Assembly: GCA_012728835.1 (NCBI GenBank)
Contig: JAAYEJ010000012.1
Location: 123,207-187,206, forward strand
Direction of reading: 5' to 3'
DNA length: 64,000 nt
From: Candidatus Brocadiaceae bacterium
GTDB taxonomy: Bacteria > Planctomycetota > Brocadiia > SM23-32
Positions 1-8,722 of this stretch are shown piece by piece. The notes beneath the pieces are model-generated. The model had not been told where the DNA came from, did no database searches, and saw only the letters and a program-made list of their open reading frames with translations. The translations under genes were made by a program, and so were the position numbers. The stretch's first letter is position 1. Every line of letters begins with the position of its first letter.

Positions 1-903
1 GACCGGAAGATCGGCATCGTCAGCTACATCGGCGCCTTCCACGGCCGCACCCTCGGCGCCCAGATGATCGGCGGAGTGCCGGACCTCAAGGAGTGGATCG
101 TCAACCTCGACCCGTCCATGTGGCAGGTGCCGTTCCCGGACGGCTACTGGGAAGAGGACGGCTCCTTCGACCTGTTCCTGCGGAGCCTGGACGAGCAGGG
201 CGTCACGCCCGACATGGTCGCCGGCGTCATCATGGAGAGCTACCAGGGCGCGGGCGCCAGCTTCGCCCCCGTCCGGTACGTGCAGGCCCTCGCCGAGTGG
301 TGCAGGGAGCACGACGTGGTTCTGACCATGGACGAGGTGCAGGCGGGCTTCGGCCGTTCGGGCAGGATGTTCTCCTTCGAGCACTACGGCATCGTGCCGG
401 ACCTCATCTGCTGCGGCAAGGGCATCAGCAGCGGGCTGCCCCTGAGCGCCGTGATCGGCCGGCCCGCGCTGATGGACCAGTATCCGCCCGGCTCGATGAC
501 GAGCACGCACAGCGGCAATCCCGTCTGCTGCGCCGCCGCGCGCGCCAGCCTCGAAGTGATCCTGAATGACGACCTCGTCGGCAACGCCGCGCGCATGGGC
601 GACGTGCTGCACGCCGGGCTCAACCAGCTGAAGGCGAAGTATCCGAAGATCATCGCCGACGTGCAGGGCAAGGGCCTGGTGGCGGGCGTCCACGTCGTCA
701 AGGGCCCGAAGAAGCCGGATCACGATCTGGCCTTCGACGTCGTCTGCAAGTGCATGGAGAAGGGCCTGCTGATGTTCAGCCCCGTCGGCAAGTCCACGGT
801 GAAGATCGCGCCGCCCCTCTGCGTCACCGAAGAGCAGGTGCGCGAGGGCGTGGCCACGCTGGCGGAGGCGTTCGCCGAGGCCATCGCCGCCCGCGAAGGG
901 TAG
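1..903 (+). CDS. Class-III PLP-dependent aminotransferase (GABA/acetylornithine-aminotransferase type), 5-prime partial
   Basis: Frame-1 ORF is open to the window edge (DRKIGIVSYIGAFHGRTLGAQ...). Motifs AFHGRT, MDEVQAGFGRSG and the PLP-lysine context CCGKGISSG are typical of AT-III enzymes. Stop at 901-903. Confidence 0.85.
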   Translation, partial: DRKIGIVSYIGAFHGRTLGAQMIGGVPDLKEWIVNLDPSMWQVPFPDGYWEEDGSFDLFLRSLDEQGVTPDMVAGVIMESYQGAGASFAPVRYVQALAEWCREHDVVLTMDEVQAGFGRSGRMFSFEHYGIVPDLICCGKGISSGLPLSAVIGRPALMDQYPPGSMTSTHSGNPVCCAAARASLEVILNDDLVGNAARMGDVLHAGLNQLKAKYPKIIADVQGKGLVAGVHVVKGPKKPDHDLAFDVVCKCMEKGLLMFSPVGKSTVKIAPPLCVTEEQVREGVATLAEAFAEAIAAREG

Positions 904-938
904 GGGGCGAGCCGCAACATGGCGCACTGCAGTTGCGA

Positions 939-972
939 TTGACATTGACAGGCCCGTCCCTTTTGGTAGAAT
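939..972 (+). promoter_or_regulatory. Candidate sigma70-type promoter (tandem TTGACA boxes, 16-nt spacer, TAGAAT)
   Basis: TTGACA at 939-944 and 945-950, a 16-nt spacer, then TAGAAT at 967-972. These AT-rich consensus hexamers are conspicuous in GC-rich DNA. The site is 96 nt upstream of the ATG at 1068. Confidence 0.4.
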
Positions 973-1067
973 GGCCAAGAAGCCGGTGCGGGTCGGCACA
1001 ACTCGAAGCCATGGCCCGTTCGGCATGGTATCCGGTGAACTCTGGGGGCTGTCGGAGGGCGAACGGG

Positions 1068-1616
1068 ATGCGCACTCGGAAGGTGCTGGCCGCGGCGATG
1101 CTGGCCGTGGCTGTCGGAGGTCTGACAGGCTGCACCTATATGGGCAGCCGCGGGCGCGATGCCCTGGACATCTTCGACGTCGGCGTGCTGGTCTCGGACC
1201 ACGTCCGCCCGGATTTTGCGGCGTTCATGACGTTCTGGAACATGTTCCCGATGGGCTACGCCCACGTCGACGGCAAACTGATCGGCGTCGGCGGCGGCCG
1301 GGCGGGCGTTCAGGATTTCCGGCACGTGCACAGTTGGGGCGTGGTGGCATGGGGGGCGGAACAGCATTCCGTGGGCGACCCGGGCGGCGACGTCGGCGCG
1401 CCGGCTCGCTACGACCAGGGGTTCTTCCGGCTGGCGCTCGGGGCGGAGAACCGGCCCGTGCGGGAGAGTTACTTCGAGTGTGACCGCACGTTCGTGCTGG
1501 GCTGGGTCGGCCTGCATCTCCGGGTCAAGCTGGACGATCTGGCCGATTTCGTGGCCGGCTGGTTCGGGGCGGACATCATGCATGACGACATCCGCGCCGG
1601 AGCCGAACAAAGCTGA
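1068..1616 (+). CDS. Hypothetical lipoprotein
   Basis: Internal ATG of ORF 750..1616. N-terminus MRTRKVLAAAMLAVAVGGLTGC has a signal peptide plus lipobox (LTGC). GC3-rich codon usage. No family recognised. Confidence 0.6.
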   Translation: MRTRKVLAAAMLAVAVGGLTGCTYMGSRGRDALDIFDVGVLVSDHVRPDFAAFMTFWNMFPMGYAHVDGKLIGVGGGRAGVQDFRHVHSWGVVAWGAEQHSVGDPGGDVGAPARYDQGFFRLALGAENRPVRESYFECDRTFVLGWVGLHLRVKLDDLADFVAGWFGADIMHDDIRAGAEQS

Positions 1617-1677
1617 CGGCGGCTCCCAGCGCTGACGGAGGCCCGCCCCGAGAGACTCTGGACAGGGAGCCGGATAT

Positions 1678-2013
1678 TTGGGACAATCGCCAAGTATGAA
1701 AGCCTGCGACCAGTTCACAGAACGGGCCGCCATCCTGAAGGCGCTGGCGCATCCGAGCCGGCTGATGATGGTGGACGAACTGTCTCGCGGCGAGCGCTGT
1801 GTCTGCGAGTTGACCGACCTGGTCGGAGCGGACATCTCGACCGTGTCCAAGCACCTGTCCTTGCTGAAAGACGCCGGCATCGTGGACTGCTCGCGCGACG
1901 GCGTGAAGGTCTTCTACCGCCTGCGGGTGCCCTGCGTGATCAACTTCTTCGCCTGCATCGAAGCCGTGTGCGAGGAGAACGCACGCTGCGGGTTACGGAA
2001 CAGGGAGAGCTGA
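1678..2013 (+). CDS. ArsR/SmtB-family metalloregulator (winged HTH)
   Basis: ILKALAHPSRLMMVDELSRGERCVCELTDLVGADISTVSKHLSLLKDAGIV is the ArsR HTH with a CVC metal(loid)-binding pair. TTG start at 1678 is preceded by GGGAG with 8-nt spacing. Alternative ATG at 1696. Confidence 0.85.
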   Translation: MGQSPSMKACDQFTERAAILKALAHPSRLMMVDELSRGERCVCELTDLVGADISTVSKHLSLLKDAGIVDCSRDGVKVFYRLRVPCVINFFACIEAVCEENARCGLRNRES

Positions 2014-2073
2014 GGCGCCCCCTTTTTTGCGTCATTTATTGGCGAGACGGCCAAACAAAGGCTGGAGAACGGC

Positions 2074-3369
2074 TTGAAATCGGAGTGGAAGAAACTCGCG
2101 CTGATCGTCGCCGTTTTCGCGGCATGCTTCTATCTGCCGGTGGGGCGCGAGCGGTTCGACGGGGCGGTGCTGGAGTCCCTGCACCTGGCGAAATGGTATG
2201 CGCGCGAGCACGTGCTGCTCTGCCTCGTGCCGGCCTTCTTCATCGCCGGGGCCATCGCGGTCTTCGTCAGCCAGGCCTCGGTGATGAAGTACCTCGGCGC
2301 ACGGGCGAACAAGGCCCTCGCATACGGCGTTGCGTCCGTGTCCGGGACGATCCTCGCCGTCTGCTCCTGTACGGTACTGCCGCTGTTCGCGGGCATCTAC
2401 CGCATGGGGGCGGGGCTCGGGCCGGCGACGGCGTTCCTCTACTCCGGTCCGGCCATCAACGTCCTGGCCATTGTCCTGACGGCGCGCGTGCTCGGCCTGG
2501 AGCTGGGCGCGGCCCGGGCGGTGGGCGCCATCCTGTTCAGCGTGGTCATCGGCCTGCTCATGCACGCCATCTTCCGCAGGGAAGAGATCGAGAAGATGAA
2601 TGCCCAGGCGGCGATGCCGGAACCGGAAGCCGGCCGCCCGCTCTGGCAGAACGTCCTGTATTTCGCGTCCATGGTCGGCATCCTCGTCTTCGCCAACTGG
2701 GGGCGTCCACAGGAAGCGACGGGCCTCTGGCACGCCGTCTACTCAAGCAAGTGGCTCATCACCGGCGCGTTCGCGCTGGCCTTCGGCGCGATCCTGGCGG
2801 CATGGTTCGGTCTGACGTGGTGGAAGGTCCTCGCGGCGGCCGCCCCGACGGCGCTGGCGGCAGTGCTGTTCCCGCAGGCGCCGATGGTGCCTTTCGCCGT
2901 GGGCGTGGCCGGCCTGGCGGCGATCACCGGCTCCACGCCCGGAGAGCCGCGCGACTGGCTCGACCAGATGTGGGGATTCGCCAAACAGATACTGCCGCTG
3001 CTGCTGATCGGCGTGCTGATTGCGGGCGCCCTCTTGGGACGCCCGGGTCACGAGGGGCTCATACCGTCCGGCTGGGTGAGCGGCGCCGTCGGCGGCAATT
3101 CGCTGCGCGCCAACCTGTTCGCGTCCGTCGCGGGCGCGTTCATGTACTTCGCCACGCTGACGGAGGTGCCGATCCTGCAGGGGCTGATCGGCGCCGGCAT
3201 GGGCAAGGGGCCTGCGCTGGCGCTGCTTCTGGCCGGGCCGGCGCTGAGCCTGCCCAGCATGCTCGTCATCCGCAGCATCATAGGCACGAAGAGAACGGTC
3301 GTCTACGTGACGCTCGTGGTCGTGATGGCCACCGTCAGCGGGGTGCTCTACGGCTCGATCTGGGGCTGA
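2074..3369 (+). CDS. Polytopic permease of the PF03773 (ArsP/YraQ-like predicted permease) family
   Basis: 431 aa with about 10 TM segments. Vicinal Cys motif AVCSCTVLPLFAG is characteristic of this family. It follows arsR-like after a 60-nt gap. TTG start with GGAGAA upstream. Confidence 0.75.
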   Translation: MKSEWKKLALIVAVFAACFYLPVGRERFDGAVLESLHLAKWYAREHVLLCLVPAFFIAGAIAVFVSQASVMKYLGARANKALAYGVASVSGTILAVCSCTVLPLFAGIYRMGAGLGPATAFLYSGPAINVLAIVLTARVLGLELGAARAVGAILFSVVIGLLMHAIFRREEIEKMNAQAAMPEPEAGRPLWQNVLYFASMVGILVFANWGRPQEATGLWHAVYSSKWLITGAFALAFGAILAAWFGLTWWKVLAAAAPTALAAVLFPQAPMVPFAVGVAGLAAITGSTPGEPRDWLDQMWGFAKQILPLLLIGVLIAGALLGRPGHEGLIPSGWVSGAVGGNSLRANLFASVAGAFMYFATLTEVPILQGLIGAGMGKGPALALLLAGPALSLPSMLVIRSIIGTKRTVVYVTLVVVMATVSGVLYGSIWG

Positions 3370-3470
3370 GGGATGCGGAAGGACGCTCGGGAACGCGTCT
3401 GCCGGTCGGCGTCCGACGGCGGGCGCACTGTTCACCACTGCCTTGTGGGCACATCTGAACGATAGGGAGT

Positions 3471-3896
3471 ATGGCCATGTCAAACTGCTGTGACGGGGCG
3501 GACAAGGCGGCGAGCGGGTCGGACTGCTGCTGCGGGGACGCGGGCAAGAACGTGCTGTTCTACGCGTGCTCCGGCGGGGCCAACGTGGCCGAGATGGCGG
3601 ACCGCGCGGCCCGCGAACTCATGTTCGACGGCTGCGGAACGATGTTCTGCCTGGCCGGGCTGGGCGCCGGGATCCAGGGCATGATCCAGACGGCGAAGGA
3701 CGCCGACGCCAACATCGTCATCGACGGCTGTCCGCTGGACTGCGCCAGGAAGATCTTCGACAAGGTGGGCGTCACCAACTACAAGCAGTTCCGTGTGACC
3801 GACCTGGGCATCGAGAAGGTGAAGGGCGTGCGGGCCTCCCCGGAGGACGTCGAGCGGGTCATCGCCAAGGCTCGTGAACTGCGTGCAGAGGTCTGA
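3471..3896 (+). CDS. DGC-domain (putative zinc-binding) protein
   Basis: N-terminal Cys-rich stretch SNCCDG...SDCCCGD and the eponymous IDGCPLDCA motif. The ATG at 3477 has better spacing to AGGGAG (3464-3469) than the ATG at 3471. Confidence 0.7.
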   Translation: MAMSNCCDGADKAASGSDCCCGDAGKNVLFYACSGGANVAEMADRAARELMFDGCGTMFCLAGLGAGIQGMIQTAKDADANIVIDGCPLDCARKIFDKVGVTNYKQFRVTDLGIEKVKGVRASPEDVERVIAKARELRAEV

Positions 3897-3942
3897 GGGC
3901 CGGCCGCGAGGCCGATCGTCCCCTCAAAGCGAGCAAGGAAGG

Positions 3943-4182
3943 ATGCAGATGAGGACGTTGCAGATACTGGGCACGGGCTGCCCCAAGTGCAGGAAGCTGG
4001 CCGAGAACGCCGAGGCCGCCGTCAGGGAACTCGGGTTGGATTGCCGGATTGAGAAGGTCACCGCCATCAGCGAGATCATGAAGCTCGGCGTGATGATGAC
4101 GCCGGCGCTGGCGGTGGACGGGGAGGTCAAGGTCGTCGGCAAGGTGCCCTCCGTCGACGAGATCAGGAAACTGCTGGCGTAG
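3943..4182 (+). CDS. Small thioredoxin-fold protein (redox-active disulfide protein 2 family)
   Basis: MQMRTLQILGTGCPKCRKL... has the CPKC active site in an approximately 79-aa protein. RBS AAGGAAGG lies just upstream of the ATG at 3943. The upstream part of ORF 3874..4182 overlaps the DGC gene and was discarded. Confidence 0.85.
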   Translation: MQMRTLQILGTGCPKCRKLAENAEAAVRELGLDCRIEKVTAISEIMKLGVMMTPALAVDGEVKVVGKVPSVDEIRKLLA

Positions 4183-4208
4183 AGCGAGCCCGCATCCGGG
4201 GGTTCCTG

Positions 4209-4758
4209 ATGATCGAACAGCTGTTCACTGCGCTGACCCGCGCCGTGCAGGGGCGCCTGCAGTCGCTCTGGCGGCGGCGTTCGCATGGGGGATCCTCAGC
4301 ATCCTGCTCAGCCCCTGCCATCTGGCGAGCATCCCGCTCATCGTCGGCTTCATCGACGGGCAGGGCCGCATCTCGACCCGGCGCGCGTTCCTCATCTCGA
4401 CCCTGTTCTCCGGCGGGATCCTTGTGACGATCGCCGCCATCGGCGCCGCCACCGCGGCCGCTCTGATCTTCGGGTTGATCTTCGGCATCGCCCTCGGACC
4501 GTGCACGTTTGCCTTCATGGCGCCGATGCTGGGCGTGACGTTCAGCGTGGCGTCGACGCGCCTCCTCTACGGCATCGCCCTGCTGGCGGTCTACGGTGTC
4601 GGGCACTGTTCGGTCATCGTGCTGGCGGGGCGTTCACGGAGGTCGTCCAGCACTACCTGAACTGGAACGAGCGTTCCATGGGCGCTACGATCCTGAAGAG
4701 GGTCTGCGGCGTTCTCGTGATCCTCGGCGGGCTTTACCTGCTTCACACCGCTTCCTGA
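4209..4758 (+). pseudogene. CcdA/DsbD-type (ArsG-like) thiol-disulfide membrane transporter, disrupted by two -1 frameshifts
   Basis: One continuous homologue is spread over three frames. These are MIEQLFTALTRAVQG (4209-4253), APAVALAAAFAWGILSILLSPCHLASIPLIVGF...GIALGPCTFAFMAP...GHCSVIVLAG (4253-4630) and AFTEVVQHYLNWNERS...GGLYLLHTAS* (4630-4758). Both shifts fall at GGGG runs (4250-4253, 4627-4630). Only 5 hydrophobic segments are present where this family normally has 6. Confidence 0.65.
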
Positions 4759-4766
4759 GGGTGTTC

Positions 4767-6530
4767 ATGTCTGAAGAACTCAGAATGCAGAACGACGCCT
4801 GCGGCTGCGGGCACCCCCGGCTGTCGGCGGCGCTGGTGCTTCTCCTGGCGCTGGCGGCCGGGCTTCCGTCCCTGTGGACGCGGGACCTCTTGGTGAGCGA
4901 TGAGGTGCGGCTGACCGAGGGCGCCCGGCAGCTTGTGCAGGCGCCCGGCGGGTGGCTGGCGCGCGTCAACGGCCAGGCGGTCGTTACCGAGGCGCCGCTG
5001 CCGTACTGGGCGGCTTCGCTGCTGTGGAGGGCCGGCGCAGGGGCCGCCTCCGCCCGGCTGCTTTCTGTGCTCGCGGGAGTGGCCGTGGTCCTGGTCTGCT
5101 TCGGGGCGGCGGCCCGCGCCGGCGGAGTCGCCCGGGGCCGTCTGGCCGGCGCCGTGGCGCTCACGACGATGGCGGTCTTCTGGCCGATGCGCCAGGGGGG
5201 CGCGCAACTGCTCGGGGCGCTGCTCCTGACCGCCTGCCTTCTGGCCGGTCGCCGGGCGGCGGACAGCAGGGACGGAGGCTCCGCCGGCTGGTGGGCGGCC
5301 TGCGGCTCGGCGGCCGCGCTCGGCGTCTTCGCCGTCGGCCTGTCGGTGCTTCTGCTGGCGGCACTTGTGCTGGGGCTGTACGTCCTGGTCGCGCGGAAGC
5401 GGCTTCCGTCGCCCGTTTCGCTTCTGGCGGGCCTGGCCGTGCCGGCGGGTGCCGTCATCCTGTGGCATGCGGCCGTGGCGGGCGCGCCTGCGGCGGACGG
5501 ACTGGCCTGGCGGCTCCTGACGCGCGACCTGGCCGGCCTGCGGGCCTCGCTGCGCGAGGGCGACCTGCACCGCGCCGTTCTGTCGACCGCCGGCGCCTTT
5601 CTGCCGTGGATCGTCATCGTGCCCGGGGCGTTCGTGGCCGCCGTGCGGGCGCGACGGAGCGACGACGGCGATCTGCCCCTGTTCGCCGCCGTATGGCTGG
5701 CCGCGCTGGCCGTGCCGGCCGTCCTCGGCGGGCGCGAGGGCGCGCCGGACTACGCGGCGGCCGCCGTCCCCGCGCTGGCCATCCTGTGCGCCTGGGTGCT
5801 GGCGCCGTGCGGCGACCCCGCGCCGGTGGGCACGGCGCAGCGCCGGCTCGTCCGGTCCGCGCTCGTGCTGTCGGCGGTCTTCATGGGAGGGATCCTTCTG
5901 CTCGGCTTCTTCCACCTGGCCGGCGGCACCTACCTGATCCTGGGGCAGCGGTATGTCTGCCCCGTGACGGACCAGCCGTATTCGCCCTATGCCCTGGCGC
6001 TCGTCCTGCCGTTCGTGGCCGGGTGTCTGGCTGTGATCGCCGCCATCCTGCGCACGCCCATCGAGCGCCGTGCGCGCCAAGCGTGGCTCATGGTCGCGGC
6101 GGTGTTCTTCCTGGGCATTGCCGCCGACCTCTTCCTGACGCCCGTGATGGACGCTTACCGGTCCGCCCGGCCGTTCGCAGAGAAGGTCGCGCAGAGCGTG
6201 GGGCCGGACGATCGGCTCTTCCTGTATCGGAAGGACTACGACGGCCTGTACAATCTCCTCACGGGGCGGTCGGAGATTCCGGTGATCGAGACCGAGAGCC
6301 GGCTTGTGGAGGCGCTCACGCACCCCGGCACCTTCGTGATTGTTGAGGGCAAACGCCTCAAGCGCATCCGCGGCGGCGAGCGCCTTCGCGAGTCGGCGGT
6401 CATCGAAGGTCTGGTGGGGGGGCGGCGAATGCTCTTGCTGGGCAGCGGTTGGCTGATGCAGGGCCTCGCGTCTGTGCCGGCGGGATCAGCGCCGCAACGG
6501 GAAGGTCAACGTGAACCGCCGGAACGCTGA
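4767..6530 (+). CDS. GT39/GT83-like (ArnT/PMT-type) membrane glycosyltransferase
   Basis: Internal ATG (MSEELRMQ...) of ORF 4596..6530. First-loop motif [13 protein letters not shown] resembles the DE-x-R..E motif of ArnT/PMT enzymes. More than 10 TM segments and a soluble C-terminal domain. Confidence 0.65.
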   Translation: MSEELRMQNDACGCGHPRLSAALVLLLALAAGLPSLWTRDLLVSDEVRLTEGARQLVQAPGGWLARVNGQAVVTEAPLPYWAASLLWRAGAGAASARLLSVLAGVAVVLVCFGAAARAGGVARGRLAGAVALTTMAVFWPMRQGGAQLLGALLLTACLLAGRRAADSRDGGSAGWWAACGSAAALGVFAVGLSVLLLAALVLGLYVLVARKRLPSPVSLLAGLAVPAGAVILWHAAVAGAPAADGLAWRLLTRDLAGLRASLREGDLHRAVLSTAGAFLPWIVIVPGAFVAAVRARRSDDGDLPLFAAVWLAALAVPAVLGGREGAPDYAAAAVPALAILCAWVLAPCGDPAPVGTAQRRLVRSALVLSAVFMGGILLLGFFHLAGGTYLILGQRYVCPVTDQPYSPYALALVLPFVAGCLAVIAAILRTPIERRARQAWLMVAAVFFLGIAADLFLTPVMDAYRSARPFAEKVAQSVGPDDRLFLYRKDYDGLYNLLTGRSEIPVIETESRLVEALTHPGTFVIVEGKRLKRIRGGERLRESAVIEGLVGGRRMLLLGSGWLMQGLASVPAGSAPQREGQREPPER

Positions 6531-6700
6531 ACGCAGCCGCCCCGACAGGCTCAGGGTTCTGTTCCCGTGCACGGGGGACTCGTGCCGCAGCCAGATGGCC
6601 GAGGGTTGGGCGCGGGCGCTGCGGGGGGGCGTGATCGAGCCCTATTCGGCCGGTCTGGAGCCCCACGTCCTCGACCCGCCGGCCGCGGTGACCCGGCCCG
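6511..6700 (+). pseudogene. N-terminal remnant of a thioredoxin-coupled LMW-PTP-type arsenate reductase (ArsC)
   Basis: [42 protein letters not shown] matches the ArsC/LMW-PTP P-loop region (canonical [13 protein letters not shown]), with Asn replaced by Asp. Similarity stops near 6690, where the ORF runs antisense into the convergent oxidoreductase gene. About 80 C-terminal residues are absent. Confidence 0.55.
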
Positions 6701-6701
6701 G

Positions 6702-7685
6702 CTACTCCATGGGGTACTTGAGCCCCCAGTCGGCGCGCAGGGCGTCCAGCGTCTCCAGGATCGACAGCGTCTCGTCCAGCGGCATGACGTCGCTTTCCGT
6801 GCGTCCGGCGCGCAGGCAGTCCATGACGTGAGCGGCCTCGCACTCATAGCCGTTCCCCCGGAAGGGCAGCTCCAGGGTCTCCTTGACCTCGTCGACGCGG
6901 CCGATGCTGAGGGCCTGTGCGCGCCAGAAGGGGCTGTGGACCCGGATCCACCCCTCCGTGCCGGCCACCAGGGCGTCGTGCATCATGGCCGTGCGGACGG
7001 CGCATGCCATCACGGCCAGGGCGCCGCCCGGGTAGCGGAAGACGATGCCGTCCTGTTCGTCCACGCCGGTCTCGCCCAGATGGGAGAGGGACGCGGTGGC
7101 GTCCGGCGGCCCGCCATAGACCATGGAGGCCAGGTTGATGGGGTAGGTGCCGACGTCCAGCAGCGCCCCGCCGGCCAGTTCCGGTGCGAGCAGCCGGCTT
7201 TCGGGATTCCAGCCGATCCGGAAGCAGAAGTCCGCCTTCACCATGCGCGGCTCGCCGATTACGCCTTCCGCCAGGAGTTCACGGAGCCTCACGAGGGCCG
7301 GCAGGAAGCGCATCCAGACGGCCTCCATGACGAACAGGCCCCGGCTGCGCGCGGCCTCGACGACCAGCCGGCCCTGTTCCGCATTGACGGCGAAGGGCTT
7401 CTCGCAGAGCACGGCCTTGCCTTCTTCCAGGCAGAGGAGGGAGTTGGCGCAGTGGAACGGGTGCGGGGTGGCGACGTAGATCACGTCCACGTCCGGATCG
7501 GCCGCCAGCTCCTCATAGCTTCCGTGGCGATGGGGGACACCCCATTCCTCGCCGAACGCGTCGGCCTTCTCCTGCGTGCGCGACCCGACGGCGACGATCT
7601 CCGCGTCCTTCAGAAACCGGAGACCCTGGGCGAACTTGTGCGCAATGCTCCCGGTGGCCAGGATGCCCCAACGTATCTTGTCCAT
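6702..7685 (-). CDS. Gfo/Idh/MocA-family NAD(P)-dependent oxidoreductase
   Basis: [21 protein letters not shown] is the Rossmann N-terminus, and CEKPFAVN is the EKP motif. The ATG at 7685 is preceded by GGAGGGA. The upstream part of ORF 6702..7787 was discarded. Confidence 0.85.
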   Translation of the reverse strand: MDKIRWGILATGSIAHKFAQGLRFLKDAEIVAVGSRTQEKADAFGEEWGVPHRHGSYEELAADPDVDVIYVATPHPFHCANSLLCLEEGKAVLCEKPFAVNAEQGRLVVEAARSRGLFVMEAVWMRFLPALVRLRELLAEGVIGEPRMVKADFCFRIGWNPESRLLAPELAGGALLDVGTYPINLASMVYGGPPDATASLSHLGETGVDEQDGIVFRYPGGALAVMACAVRTAMMHDALVAGTEGWIRVHSPFWRAQALSIGRVDEVKETLELPFRGNGYECEAAHVMDCLRAGRTESDVMPLDETLSILETLDALRADWGLKYPME

Positions 7686-7717
7686 GGCAAGTCTCCCTCC
7701 GGCTACAAAGGCCTCCG

Positions 7718-8689
7718 TCAGAGCGGTTTGCAGAGGCCGATCAGATCGTCCAGCTTTGCCGTGGCGAGCGCCAGCACGGTGTCGCACGCCCCGTAGTAGA
7801 TGCGCACGGTGCCGTCGTCTTCCAGCAGCGTTGCGCTGGGGAAGATCGTGTAGCTGCGGAAGCCGTCTGTCTCGTAGGGCTCCTCGGGAACCATCAGCGG
7901 ATCCTGCGAGATGCCGACGATCTTCCAGGGCTCCTCCAGGTCGAGCATCATGATGCCGGCGCAGTAGACCTTGTGCCAGTTCTCATCGCGCCAGGTGGGG
8001 TAGACGGTGTCGGGGTCGTAGTGCGTGGCGTGGAAGATGACCAGCCAGCCTTTGTCGGTCCTGATGGGCTGGCCGGACGGGCCGTTCTTCCAGTTGCAGT
8101 AGGGCAGGTCGTTGGCGCGCAGCACCAGGTGCGTGTTGCCCCAGTAGCGGGCGTCGGGCGAATCGGAGAACCACATGTCGTAGCGGTCCTCGCCCCGCAT
8201 GCCGTAGGCGCGGAACGGACGCTCCAGGCGCAGGAACTTCCCGTTCCGCCTCTCCGGGAAGACGATCATGTTGCGGTTGTCGGGCGCCGACATGCTGAGG
8301 ATTTCGTAGTTCTCGAAGTCGTCCGTCACGGCGATGCAGCCGCGGATACCGTCGCGGCAGTTCTCGGTGAACGTGACGTAGACGCGTCCGTCGCAGACGG
8401 TCATCCGCGGATCCTCGGGGTTCGTGATGCCGTCCGGCCGAAACCAGAAGTCCGGGTCGACGTCCCAGCGGATCCCGTCGTCGCTGACGGCGCGGCCGAT
8501 GCGGCGCGTGGACTTGCCGTAGCGCTCGTTCCAGAAGATGTTGCGGAACAGCATGTTGTAGCGGCCGTTGAACTTCACGACGCCGGCGTTGTAGGCCATG
8601 TGACATGGCCAGGGCACGTCCTTTTCGGGGTCCAGCACGATGCCCTGGCGCTTGATGGCCGGGCTTCCCTTCCAAGTGAACTTCGCCAT
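7718..8689 (-). CDS. GH130-like glycoside hydrolase/phosphorylase (5-bladed beta-propeller, DUF377/GH130 type)
   Basis: 323 aa. N-terminal pattern GIVLDPEKDVPW...AYNAGVVKFNGRYNMLFR and the later DDGIRWDV and GWLVIFH repeats look like GH130/GH43-clan blades. RBS GAGGAAGAG. Confidence 0.6.
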   Translation of the reverse strand: MAKFTWKGSPAIKRQGIVLDPEKDVPWPCHMAYNAGVVKFNGRYNMLFRNIFWNERYGKSTRRIGRAVSDDGIRWDVDPDFWFRPDGITNPEDPRMTVCDGRVYVTFTENCRDGIRGCIAVTDDFENYEILSMSAPDNRNMIVFPERRNGKFLRLERPFRAYGMRGEDRYDMWFSDSPDARYWGNTHLVLRANDLPYCNWKNGPSGQPIRTDKGWLVIFHATHYDPDTVYPTWRDENWHKVYCAGIMMLDLEEPWKIVGISQDPLMVPEEPYETDGFRSYTIFPSATLLEDDGTVRIYYGACDTVLALATAKLDDLIGLCKPL

Positions 8690-8722
8690 GACGCTCTTCC
8701 TCTCTCGGGGAGTCGACGCGAC

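Noticed and set aside
6567-7796. 409-aa plus-strand ORF overlapping the Gfo/Idh/MocA gene.
   Set aside because: It is antisense to a gene with a clear Rossmann N-terminus and EKP motif, and it has no motifs of its own. It is a shadow ORF.
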